56,985 nucleotides of DNA, from the IMG/VR virus record IMGVR_UViG_3300033153_003349, positions 1 to 56,985 of that record. One strand, 5' to 3'. Within the stretch, counting starts at the first letter, position 1; each line of letters begins with the position of its first letter. Positions 47,862-56,856 of this stretch are shown here, in pieces. Origin of the DNA: a virus (lineage: Duplodnaviria; Caudoviricetes). The notes below the pieces were generated by a model. That model worked only from the letters and a program-made list of their open reading frames with translations, did no database searches and was not told where the DNA came from. The position numbers were made by a program, and so were the translations under genes.

Positions 47862-48323
47862 TTAATCCTCCGTAAATACACAAGCATCAGCAGCAAATGT
47901 AGGAGTGACCCCACTACCAACTACAAGGTCAGGACAAGTCCCAGAATAAAATATCTTTCCTGCCCCAGACAAGAGATACCCTGCTGATATATGGGTAATA
48001 GTGGCTCCTGTTCCTCCTGTACCTAATGGGAACGCTAAAGATGCTGTATTTTTGCCAGTAGCAGGTGAAACGCCAGAACTAATAGTCCATTTTGTATCAT
48101 CCCTTACAACTGCTAAACGAGTATAACCAACATACTCTCCAGTGGTTACTTCATTTGTTTCCTGGTCTCCTGCCTCTCCAGGGTCAGATGTATGTAACGC
48201 TATGAAAATATCCCCATCTACTGTACTACCAACCAAACCAGTAGCATCACCAATTAACGGAAGAGGAATGTTGTTAAGAATTAAATCCAACATCTGTTCT
48301 TGAAAAACTCTACCTTTTGACAT
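47862..48323 (-). CDS. Small beta-rich virion/fibre subunit (153 aa)
   Basis: IFIALHTSDPGEAG.Q..NEV...Y.R..V, N...LAFP..TG, ITH, V.SGVTPTF.A; a motif set common in phage fibre-associated proteins. Confidence 0.7.
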   Translation of the reverse strand: MSKGRVFQEQMLDLILNNIPLPLIGDATGLVGSTVDGDIFIALHTSDPGEAGDQETNEVTTGEYVGYTRLAVVRDDTKWTISSGVSPATGKNTASLAFPLGTGGTGATITHISAGYLLSGAGKIFYSGTCPDLVVGSGVTPTFAADACVFTED

Positions 48324-48335
48324 TTTATATCTCCT

Positions 48336-48608
48336 TTATGAAATTAAATAATCTATTAATAGTTTAACTAACACACCAGCACCAGTACCGAAAGCAACAG
48401 GGAGTAAATCAAGTCCTGCCTGCTTAAACGTCTGTCCTGTTTTCTTTTTATTCATGAGCTGGTAAAATTTGTACATTACACCAAGCCCGAAAGCACCAAC
48501 CGCAGAATTATACATGGGTGCGCCAAGAAAATTAGCTACTACGACAATTAATAAAGCCACGATAAAATGATAAACTATAACCCTTTGTTCTTTTAAAAAT
48601 TCTAACAT
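48336..48608 (-). CDS. Small membrane protein (about 3 TM)
   Basis: Hydrophobic segments; GAAGGG RBS. Confidence 0.62.
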   Translation of the reverse strand: MLEFLKEQRVIVYHFIVALLIVVVANFLGAPMYNSAVGAFGLGVMYKFYQLMNKKKTGQTFKQAGLDLLPVAFGTGAGVLVKLLIDYLIS

Positions 48609-48623
48609 TTTAAACCCCTTCTT

Positions 48624-48956
48624 TTAAAGTATAAAAAATATTCCAATTAACATTCCAATACCTATCCCTATAAATCCTAAAAACATATCCCACTTATCAA
48701 ATTTACCTTCAGAAGTAAAGAACGCTGACGGAAACCATCCCCAATCCTTAATCCTTTCTGTATCGGAATAAAGCACTTTGTACCTGTCCCATATTTCATA
48801 AAGAAAAGGAGACATCACAACTATAGCAAGTAAAATAACAAGTGCAATTTTTGGGTAAAACGTAACCCAAAACCAAAGCAGGATCATTACTAGTGGTCCC
48901 AATAAATGAACATAAGCTGACTTGTTCGGAAAAATCTTTTTCCATAATTCTTTCAT
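48624..48956 (-). CDS. Small membrane protein (about 3 TM)
   Basis: Hydrophobic segments; AGGAG RBS. Confidence 0.62.
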   Translation of the reverse strand: MKELWKKIFPNKSAYVHLLGPLVMILLWFWVTFYPKIALVILLAIVVMSPFLYEIWDRYKVLYSDTERIKDWGWFPSAFFTSEGKFDKWDMFLGFIGIGIGMLIGIFFIL

Positions 48957-48977
48957 TTTAACTCTCCTTAGTTAGTA

Positions 48978-51761
48978 TTATTTGCCTATCATAAATATAG
49001 ATAAAGTAACATCTCTCAATATTAAATTTCTTGAATTTGTAGTTGTGGTTCTTGCCCACAATTCCACTGTATCACCAATAGCCAAATCAACTATTCCAGA
49101 AGCATGCATAGAACCAACATCTGCTACTGTTCCTATTGCCCTTTCTGTGTGAACATTCGTTTTTCCCGTTGCTCCATCATTTACAAATAATTGTATTTCA
49201 AAAGTTGTAGACACAGTGCCAGTCACAACCATAGATACATTCACCATATATTTACCAGCAACAAGTATTGTTAAATGATCATTAGTATGATCGGGTGTTA
49301 CCCCCTCTGATAACCCATCAGTATCAAAATACAAAAATTGATACCAAATATCCTTTGTACTCAATACAGTAGAAGAACCATTTTCAAGAACAGTTAATTC
49401 ACCATAACAAAGGTTTAATGCTTTAATATTTTCATGTATATATTTACCACCAACGGAACTTGTAACACCATTAAAAAGTAATTTAGAAACCTCCCCCTCA
49501 TAAACAATACCATCGTAAACGATATTAACTAAATGTTGTCCACTCAATAACTCCGTACCCCAAAAATTAAGATATTCATCTGGAACTAAATCATTAAAGA
49601 ATGAAAGTTTGCCAGATGGTATATTAAACTGAATAAAATATAAATGATCCACACCACTCATTGTATATGAATGATAAAGGACATCATCAACATAGAGCTT
49701 AAAATCATTTCCTTTTTTATCTAATGTTAATTTTACTTCTGAACCAACATCTATTCCTGTTGCTACAATTGATGATGCAAGAGAATCTGTTTCTAATTCT
49801 AATTCCCCTGAATATTTCAATCTATAACTTATAAATTCATTAAAAGGATCACTTGAAAAAACAATGTAAGAACTATTTAAACCACCAACACTTAAATCAA
49901 TAAAATAACCACCATTAAAATTTATAAATTCTTTTCCCGATGTTACTGGTGTGATATCATAACCAGAAGCATCAATATTAAATTCTAATGTGTTCTCAAA
50001 TACAGCTTCCCTGACATCTTGCTTATCAGAATTTAAAGCAAATAGTTCACCTTCCTGAACATCAACTATTGGGAAATTATCAACCAACGTAACAGCTTTA
50101 TCAATCTTAGAATCTATCTTTTCATTTACAGTAGTCGTATCATCATAAGCAACTAAATCACCTGTTGTTTTGATATTTTTATGTTCTGCAAAATAATCTG
50201 CTCTATACCACGCACTTAATTGAGGTGCTGGTTGTTGCTCCATTACAACACCTTCTACTGAGATAAATTTAAAAAGATTATCTCCTATTACAGCAGAGTC
50301 ACCAGATTCTTGTTCATAAGTGCAGTTAAGCCAATCACCCATCAAATAAAACACATCTCCTGCTGTTCCTTTAACATCAATACCTTGAGGGTCAGTAGGG
50401 GCTTCACCTGTTAAATCATCTGTGTGGATTAATACATCATCTTGATAAACAGTAAAAACTTCTCCTGTTTTTCTGAGTTCTATTTTAACAATACTCTCAT
50501 TAATATAAGAACCTATAACAACATCAGTAACATTATGAGTAGAATAAACAATTTGATTATTATATGTACGAATCCAAATAAAATAATTTAACCCAAAAAC
50601 AATATCTGTGAATGCTAAAGTTCCTATTTTTTGTATATCATTTAATCTCATCTTTATTGTTGACGACCAATTAGTTACTCCCGCTAAAGTTGTTACTCGA
50701 TATGTTGTATGGTTGTCTCCTTCAACCAATTCCAACATTACCGCATCTTCTTGAATTACTTCTCTGACATCCTGCTTATCAGAATTTAAAGCATACAACT
50801 CACCTTCTTCCACACCAGAAGTAGGGAAATTATCAACTAAGTTTACTTTAGCTAATGCTTTGATATTTTTATAAGTAATTGATTTTATATATAAGGAATA
50901 ATCTCCTGCCCAAATAAAACTATCATAGCCTGCAAGATCATTATAAACAACCCCATTTAAATCTATTTGAGTAATTGGGTTATTATCAATATTATCAATA
51001 TTAATTAAATCATCTAAAAATATTACAGGAGAACCAGACCCCGTAGTAAACCTAAGTTCATTTAACTTATGGTGACTGACATCAAGAGTAGCAGTATGTT
51101 TTAATACCCCATCCACATAAATTTTAACTTCCAACCCTATTTTCACAAACGACAATAAAAATTCCTGATCTTCTGGATAAGCCCCACTTTCAACAACCAA
51201 ATCACCATTATCAATTATTTTACCCTGTCCTCCAACATTTATATAATAGATACCCCCAAGACCATCACCAAATGTTATTTTAAAAGATTGAGTAAACCCA
51301 AGATAAGCTGGCATATAAAGTTTAACACTAAATGTGGCATTAATTTGATCTGGAGAATCTGTGTGGGAAAACCGAGCTTCTTGATCTGAATCTAAAGAAA
51401 ATATTTTAACATATTCAATATCTGTAACTTCTTTTACATTCTGTTTATCAGAATTAAGAGCATACAACTCCCCCTCTTGAACATCAACAACTGGGAAATT
51501 ATCAACCAACTTAACTTTGGCTGGTAAATCTATAGATGTAAAGGTTATAGTAACATACTGAGTACCATCCCATACATACCTCTTAGTCATATTACCAGCA
51601 TCTACATCAGACTGTAATTGGATAGCCTGTCCTTTTACTCTACTATCAATAGGAATATCATTTAAAGTATTTAAAATAGTGTCAGCATCTAAAGGTGAAT
51701 CCCCAGCAGCATATAACCCCGCTTGTATTGGGGTGGCCTTATCTCTAAAATCATTTACCAT
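48978..51761 (-). CDS. Modular fibre/receptor-binding-like protein (927 aa): three lectin-like cassettes and a C1q/TNF-like C-terminal domain
   Basis: Three LVDNFP..VQEGELYALNSDKQ linkers, each followed by a divergent beta-sandwich ending (Y/H)(K/E)NIK; C-terminal DHLTILVAGKYMVNVS...IVDLAIGDTVELW. Confidence 0.75.
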   Translation of the reverse strand: MVNDFRDKATPIQAGLYAAGDSPLDADTILNTLNDIPIDSRVKGQAIQLQSDVDAGNMTKRYVWDGTQYVTITFTSIDLPAKVKLVDNFPVVDVQEGELYALNSDKQNVKEVTDIEYVKIFSLDSDQEARFSHTDSPDQINATFSVKLYMPAYLGFTQSFKITFGDGLGGIYYINVGGQGKIIDNGDLVVESGAYPEDQEFLLSFVKIGLEVKIYVDGVLKHTATLDVSHHKLNELRFTTGSGSPVIFLDDLINIDNIDNNPITQIDLNGVVYNDLAGYDSFIWAGDYSLYIKSITYKNIKALAKVNLVDNFPTSGVEEGELYALNSDKQDVREVIQEDAVMLELVEGDNHTTYRVTTLAGVTNWSSTIKMRLNDIQKIGTLAFTDIVFGLNYFIWIRTYNNQIVYSTHNVTDVVIGSYINESIVKIELRKTGEVFTVYQDDVLIHTDDLTGEAPTDPQGIDVKGTAGDVFYLMGDWLNCTYEQESGDSAVIGDNLFKFISVEGVVMEQQPAPQLSAWYRADYFAEHKNIKTTGDLVAYDDTTTVNEKIDSKIDKAVTLVDNFPIVDVQEGELFALNSDKQDVREAVFENTLEFNIDASGYDITPVTSGKEFINFNGGYFIDLSVGGLNSSYIVFSSDPFNEFISYRLKYSGELELETDSLASSIVATGIDVGSEVKLTLDKKGNDFKLYVDDVLYHSYTMSGVDHLYFIQFNIPSGKLSFFNDLVPDEYLNFWGTELLSGQHLVNIVYDGIVYEGEVSKLLFNGVTSSVGGKYIHENIKALNLCYGELTVLENGSSTVLSTKDIWYQFLYFDTDGLSEGVTPDHTNDHLTILVAGKYMVNVSMVVTGTVSTTFEIQLFVNDGATGKTNVHTERAIGTVADVGSMHASGIVDLAIGDTVELWARTTTTNSRNLILRDVTLSIFMIGK
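50007..51509 (-). repeat. Three 81-nt dispersed repeats (50007-50087, 50760-50840, 51429-51509)
   Basis: Clear DNA-level similarity (e.g. GGGAAATTATCAAC, TTATCAGAATT); they encode the 27-aa linker. Confidence 0.85.
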
Positions 51762-51764
51762 GAT

Positions 51765-52430
51765 TTACCTTTCAAAAGTATAAGTTAAAGGTTCACTTAT
51801 TTTATCTGTTGATTGGTACACATAACAAAGAATACTATCAATAGTTTCTTCATATAATGTAAAAGCAGCCAACGCACTTACTTCATTTAAAATAATATCA
51901 TTTAATTCCCCAAGAGCTTTCTCAAAAGCATAATAAACATATTGTGGAGTTCCTGCCGTATCATAAGAAACAACTCTTGTTTCATGGGGAGCTAATTGTT
52001 TAGCAAAAGCAGCTTCCAGTTCTGCCCCAGTCAATGTAGCAGCTTCATCTAATCCCCAATAATATATCCGCAAAGAACTGACTGCTACATCTATAGCAAT
52101 TAAATCCCTCACGAAAAACTCTACCTGGTCTGTTAATTGCAGATTGGTACCTGTTGCAGTATCATAAACTGCTACAATAGTAAAATACCTATATTCAGGA
52201 ATCCCTTGCTCAGATAAAGCTAAATCATCATTGGATAAAGAAACCTTTACAACAGATGCAGGAGTGATAGAAACTCCCTCTCTATTATTTATTATATTCC
52301 CATCTTTATCAACCAAAGACCATATAATAGATTTTGGCACAAGTTCTACTCCATCATCATCTTTAAAAGTTGATTGGAAAGTTATGGAACTTCTTTCATT
52401 AACAATGATATTTGTAGTAGCTACTGTCAT
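51765..52430 (-). CDS. Putative virion structural protein (N-terminal beta-sandwich, BppU-like)
   Basis: VNERSSITFQSTFKDDDG..P.SI.WSL pattern; context. Confidence 0.55.
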   Translation of the reverse strand: MTVATTNIIVNERSSITFQSTFKDDDGVELVPKSIIWSLVDKDGNIINNREGVSITPASVVKVSLSNDDLALSEQGIPEYRYFTIVAVYDTATGTNLQLTDQVEFFVRDLIAIDVAVSSLRIYYWGLDEAATLTGAELEAAFAKQLAPHETRVVSYDTAGTPQYVYYAFEKALGELNDIILNEVSALAAFTLYEETIDSILCYVYQSTDKISEPLTYTFER

Positions 52431-52432
52431 AA

Positions 52433-52714
52433 TTAACTCCCACGTATATTTCTATATTTTATTAATATTGACACACCAGGAATCTTTTCTTCTACTTCAA
52501 CTCCTAGTTTTGTTTTTATAGTTTGTATCAAATCATTTATACAATTAATTTCCATACTACCATAATTTGCTATCTCTATTGCTAATTCTGGTTGAAAAAC
52601 TGTAGTACATATAAATCCTTTCTTAATCAGCTCTACTATTAAAGCACCCCAAGAATCACCCCAAGAGTTCCCCCAAGAATTTCCCCATGCGCTACCCATT
52701 ATGCAGGATTCCAA
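52433..52714 (-). CDS. Small protein with SWG repeats (probable start MGSAWG at 52699)
   Basis: AWGNSWGNSWGDSWG; the TAATG overlap with the upstream stop supports the second Met. Confidence 0.6.
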   Translation of the reverse strand: MESCIMGSAWGNSWGNSWGDSWGALIVELIKKGFICTTVFQPELAIEIANYGSMEINCINDLIQTIKTKLGVEVEEKIPGVSILIKYRNIRGS

Positions 52715-53193
52715 GGAGTAAGGTCAGAACCATCGCCTGTAAGGTCTTGTCCTCTGACTTTAATAATATTAGCATCAACAACGCCTCCTCCTTCAGCAGT
52801 CAGGATAGTTGCTTGTATAGGAACATAAAAACGAACCCGCACAGTATAATCTCCCAGGGTATCAACGAATGGGTCGAGCGTTGTATCGCCATCAACGAGC
52901 AATGCCCCACCGATTATATTAAGAATATGGTCAGCCTCCTGAGGGCGTACCCGCCAGCCGTTACGCAGATAAGCGTACAACGGAGCTATTTCCCCAGGAG
53001 CAGTATCATCTCCTCCAATGACCCGATAAAGAAAACCAAACTTATTCAATCTGATAGCACCAATATCTAAAGCATCTGACTGCCAATCCTCTTTAGCATC
53101 ACTGTAAAGGTCTACACGCACATCAAGAGTAGTAACTCCAGCGTTGCAAATGATAAGTTTGTTAACTGTATCAAATGTAACCTTGACAGCCAT
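52699..53193 (-). CDS. Putative virion protein (164 aa), related to the N-terminus of 53667-55244
   Basis: LYSDAKEDW...LNKFGF...YLRNGWR. Confidence 0.7.
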   Translation of the reverse strand: MAVKVTFDTVNKLIICNAGVTTLDVRVDLYSDAKEDWQSDALDIGAIRLNKFGFLYRVIGGDDTAPGEIAPLYAYLRNGWRVRPQEADHILNIIGGALLVDGDTTLDPFVDTLGDYTVRVRFYVPIQATILTAEGGGVVDANIIKVRGQDLTGDGSDLTPWNPA

Positions 53194-53648
53194 TAGTTAC
53201 TCCGCTTTGCTTCTTCTTCTTTAGCTTTCAAATCTTTTACTTTTTTCTTAGCCTTCTTTTCTGATTGAAGAATGTCGTTGGCCTTCTGTGCTAATGTTTC
53301 AGGAGTATCACCTTTTTCAACGACAACTGTGACCCGTCTCATTAATTGACTGTGTTCTTGGTAAATACTCCACAATCTTTTAACAATTTGAATTTTAGGA
53401 TTTACTGCCCCTATATCCCAGCCATCGGCCCAATTCTCTACATTCTCCGCACCTTCCATAGCAAGAATCATTTTAGCGATTTCCCAATGCTTCTTTTCGG
53501 CTTTTGCTCCACCACCTCTTTCATTCTGGCAACGAAACATAGCATATCTAATATCATGCCTTTTTTGAGAATCATCTTTGGATAGAGAATCCTTTAACTT
53601 ATCAAAGTCTCCCCGTTCCCAATGGTCAATACTTTTAATCTTTTGCAT
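53193..53648 (-). CDS. Hypothetical charged protein (151 aa)
   Basis: AAGGA RBS; helical and basic, unlike its beta-rich neighbours. Confidence 0.65.
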   Translation of the reverse strand: MQKIKSIDHWERGDFDKLKDSLSKDDSQKRHDIRYAMFRCQNERGGGAKAEKKHWEIAKMILAMEGAENVENWADGWDIGAVNPKIQIVKRLWSIYQEHSQLMRRVTVVVEKGDTPETLAQKANDILQSEKKAKKKVKDLKAKEEEAKRSN

Positions 53649-53666
53649 TATATATCCTTTCCTTGA

Positions 53667-55244
53667 TTAAGGATTAGAAAAGTTAAGTTCGTCTGGAGCA
53701 TTCAACGGGAAATTAAGTCCAGTGTTTTCAGTTATAGTAAATTCTCCTTCAACCCACTCAGCACCGTCAAGACCCATACCGACAAGAATAATAATTGCAT
53801 CAGTTCCAGGTGTTCTTCCTCCCTGAATGTTTCCTGCGTAATCAAAGGTAAAAGCTATTGTTCCAGTAGCAATCGCTCCAGTAATATCAGCATCCCCATC
53901 ATCTTTAACAAGGAGAGCCGTGGCACTATCAAATGCGTTTCCGTTTGCATCTTTAAAGTACATCCAATATTTAGCATTAGTATCATCTATAAGAGCCTGA
54001 TTAAATACCATGTTCCCCGCAGATATGAACGGATAGGTTCTTAACGTAGAAGTAATAGGAACATCTTCAGAATCAAGACCTCCTCCATCTACTGTAATAT
54101 CATGTAGCTTTATCTTGTCCGTAAAATTTGGGTCGAAGTCATCAAAGCAAACTCCATCCCATCCATGAAGGTCTGTACCAATAAAATAAGAAAGACGAAC
54201 AGCAACATTCCCATTTACCACCCCATACCCAAGAGTTTCACCATCATCATTAATATCATTAGTCTGTCTGTTCTTATTTTGAGTAAAAGCATAATTTTGT
54301 TCGGTATCAGCTTTATTTGTTGGATTAGAAACAACTGCTCTATTAAAAGCATAATAACCAGTACCAACTTGTCTTTCTCCTTCATAAGCTACAAATGTTC
54401 CTGTTCCACCTTCATTTGTATAATCAATAACTCCTGCTGCATCAAGAGTACCAGGAACAGAACATCTAAACCAACGGTCAGCCTCGTCTTGGCCCACCTC
54501 ATCTTGTGTATAAGATTTTTCTGCTGCGGATTCAAAAGTATGTCCTATATAATATTGAAGCTCCATTGATTGAAAAGGCTCATTCGCTCCTTCCACATAA
54601 GTATCATCGTAAGTAGGATTCATTGAGTTATCAGTCGAATTAGCCAAAGGCAAACGATATGCAATATATGTTAATGCTGAATACCCCTGCTCTTTAAGTA
54701 TATCATATTCATCATAAGTCTTTAACTCCTCACGAAGGAAAGCCTTATTATAAGTACGGAAATCATTAACACCTTCATCGTTAATCTGAATAGCCTCGTT
54801 TAGCTGTCCAGTAGAACCGAAGGGAACAGCCGTTTCAGTAAAACCAGCTGCCGTGGTATAATACCCTTGGTCAACGTCATCATCATCAAATGTGCCTAAC
54901 GAAATGAAACAAGCCCATTCATCAAGGTCTACTTCTTGCCACCCTGCATCACGAAGTAAATCTCTTGTTGTTGCGTCAGCCCAAGTCCAACTATTCCTAA
55001 TTACATACTTTGCTTCATAAATAGGTTTAATTGGGAACCGATACCTGTTCAAGAATAAACCAGAATCAAGTCTCCACTCCTCTTTACTAAATGAATACAT
55101 AGCTTGTAAGGCTACCCCCGAAGCAGAGCGTGGGGCTGTATCTGTCAAATTCCCTGCTGCTATCAACTGCATTGTTTTTGAACCAGGAACAAATACTACT
55201 TCTACTCCTTGATTCAACTGGTCAGGATCAACTATTTTTGGCAT
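53667..55244 (-). CDS. Putative virion structural protein (525 aa)
   Basis: Acidic, G/T/D-rich; MPKIVDPDQLNQG...MYSFSKEEW; ends ...NFSNP. Confidence 0.7.
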   Translation of the reverse strand: MPKIVDPDQLNQGVEVVFVPGSKTMQLIAAGNLTDTAPRSASGVALQAMYSFSKEEWRLDSGLFLNRYRFPIKPIYEAKYVIRNSWTWADATTRDLLRDAGWQEVDLDEWACFISLGTFDDDDVDQGYYTTAAGFTETAVPFGSTGQLNEAIQINDEGVNDFRTYNKAFLREELKTYDEYDILKEQGYSALTYIAYRLPLANSTDNSMNPTYDDTYVEGANEPFQSMELQYYIGHTFESAAEKSYTQDEVGQDEADRWFRCSVPGTLDAAGVIDYTNEGGTGTFVAYEGERQVGTGYYAFNRAVVSNPTNKADTEQNYAFTQNKNRQTNDINDDGETLGYGVVNGNVAVRLSYFIGTDLHGWDGVCFDDFDPNFTDKIKLHDITVDGGGLDSEDVPITSTLRTYPFISAGNMVFNQALIDDTNAKYWMYFKDANGNAFDSATALLVKDDGDADITGAIATGTIAFTFDYAGNIQGGRTPGTDAIIILVGMGLDGAEWVEGEFTITENTGLNFPLNAPDELNFSNP

Positions 55245-55261
55245 TTTCTATCTCCTTAATA

Positions 55262-56851
55262 TTATGGATTACTATATGTTGGGTCTGCTACTAAAGCTCC
55301 TGGTACTGATTTATCTCCTATTAATAATGTATAAGAATAATAACTACCTATTTCTGGGTCATAATCAAGATGAATAAACAATAAGTCAACAACAACACCT
55401 ACTTCAGCAGAACCAAAACTATATAGCACATCTCCACTTGAATTATCTACACGATACATCTCTGACCTATCAGATACTTTTATAATTGAAACTGCTGTAT
55501 TTGTCGGCAATCCTGTAATAGTTAATGACGATGGTGATAATAATGTAATTAGCCCAGGGTTCTCATTTTTATATTGAGCATTAGATGTTCCACTATTTCC
55601 TACCTCTATTGTATTAGCTTGAGTATTTTCTATATCATAACTACTTATTCCATCTGTACCAGAAAATGTAATATCATACAAAGTAATATCTATATCTGCT
55701 GAAACTGAAATCCCATTATCTGTGGGACTAATAATATCTCCGTACTTGACATTGAATGTAGCACTAGATACGGTAAATACATCTGAACTTGCTAGAATAC
55801 TTTTCCATCTTTCAATTTTAAACGTATTACAAGTAATCACTCCATGGTTAACAAATTGTGTACTAATAGATTCAAAATTTGCTCCCGTTAACGTAGGCCA
55901 CTTAATTGTTCCTACATCATTGAATGACCCTCCATAAACTTGTAATTTATCTATATTAGCATCATCAAAGTCAACAGTACATAAATTAGTAGAACCTAAA
56001 TCATATATTTCAACTCCAGCTAATCCATCACTACCAGACAAAGTTCCAGCTACATAATTAGTGGTTGTACTTGTGTGACCTACTACATTCCACTTATACA
56101 GGGTAGACAACCTATTTGAGTTAGTTCCATCTCCTAAATAACTAGCTTCAAAAAATACCTTAGAATTAGTGTCTACAAAGTCAACGTGCAGAGTACCAGC
56201 AGAAGAACCCCATATAATTCCTGTACGAACTACATATACATCAGGAAGTAATTCAACAAACAAGCCGTATCTATTTGAAAGAGTAGCATCCCAATCAGCT
56301 AGCTCCTTACAACCAATTGCATCAGAAACACCCGATGTGATAGAATATTCATCAAACATAAATAAATTATCAAACCAGACATTTTCTTTAATAGCCTTGG
56401 ATGTTGTTTTGAACTGTACTCCCATGTATCTATGAATAGATGGGTCATAAGTCCCAGAAGATGCTTGAGCCGTTGCTCCTTCATGTACTGTATATACTTG
56501 AAACCCATTATAGGCTATATTACTTGTATCATAACCCCCAACGTAAAAAGTCTTTGAATTCCCGTTTATATCTTCAAGGATGATTCTTACACCGCCGTTT
56601 ACTCTTGAATCAAATGCACCCGCTACAAACCCAAGAAAACCAAAATGCTTGTCCGTTACATCAACACCGCCTGCTCCACCTTGGTCATACTGTGCTACTG
56701 AGGAAGTAGTGTTGGATACTTTTAATTTAAGGGAACCAGGAGTACCCCCGCCTTCAGCATAAAGGTCAGTATCTAGTAAACCAGTACCGCCGTCCATTCC
56801 ATCGGAATCACAATCAAATATTTTAGTTACGCCTGTAGGAGCAATAGCCAT
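55262..56851 (-). CDS. Putative virion structural protein (529 aa; carbohydrate-binding-like N-terminus, beta-helix-like middle)
   Basis: S/T/G/D-rich beta pattern; ends ...TYSNP, like the next gene. Confidence 0.65.
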   Translation of the reverse strand: MAIAPTGVTKIFDCDSDGMDGGTGLLDTDLYAEGGGTPGSLKLKVSNTTSSVAQYDQGGAGGVDVTDKHFGFLGFVAGAFDSRVNGGVRIILEDINGNSKTFYVGGYDTSNIAYNGFQVYTVHEGATAQASSGTYDPSIHRYMGVQFKTTSKAIKENVWFDNLFMFDEYSITSGVSDAIGCKELADWDATLSNRYGLFVELLPDVYVVRTGIIWGSSAGTLHVDFVDTNSKVFFEASYLGDGTNSNRLSTLYKWNVVGHTSTTTNYVAGTLSGSDGLAGVEIYDLGSTNLCTVDFDDANIDKLQVYGGSFNDVGTIKWPTLTGANFESISTQFVNHGVITCNTFKIERWKSILASSDVFTVSSATFNVKYGDIISPTDNGISVSADIDITLYDITFSGTDGISSYDIENTQANTIEVGNSGTSNAQYKNENPGLITLLSPSSLTITGLPTNTAVSIIKVSDRSEMYRVDNSSGDVLYSFGSAEVGVVVDLLFIHLDYDPEIGSYYSYTLLIGDKSVPGALVADPTYSNP

Positions 56852-56856
56852 TTCAT

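Noticed and set aside
42658-51761. Diversity-generating retroelement or invertase shufflon behind the repeated fibre modules
   Set aside because: No reverse transcriptase or site-specific recombinase in the window; the repeats are direct, in-frame and do not differ specifically at adenines.
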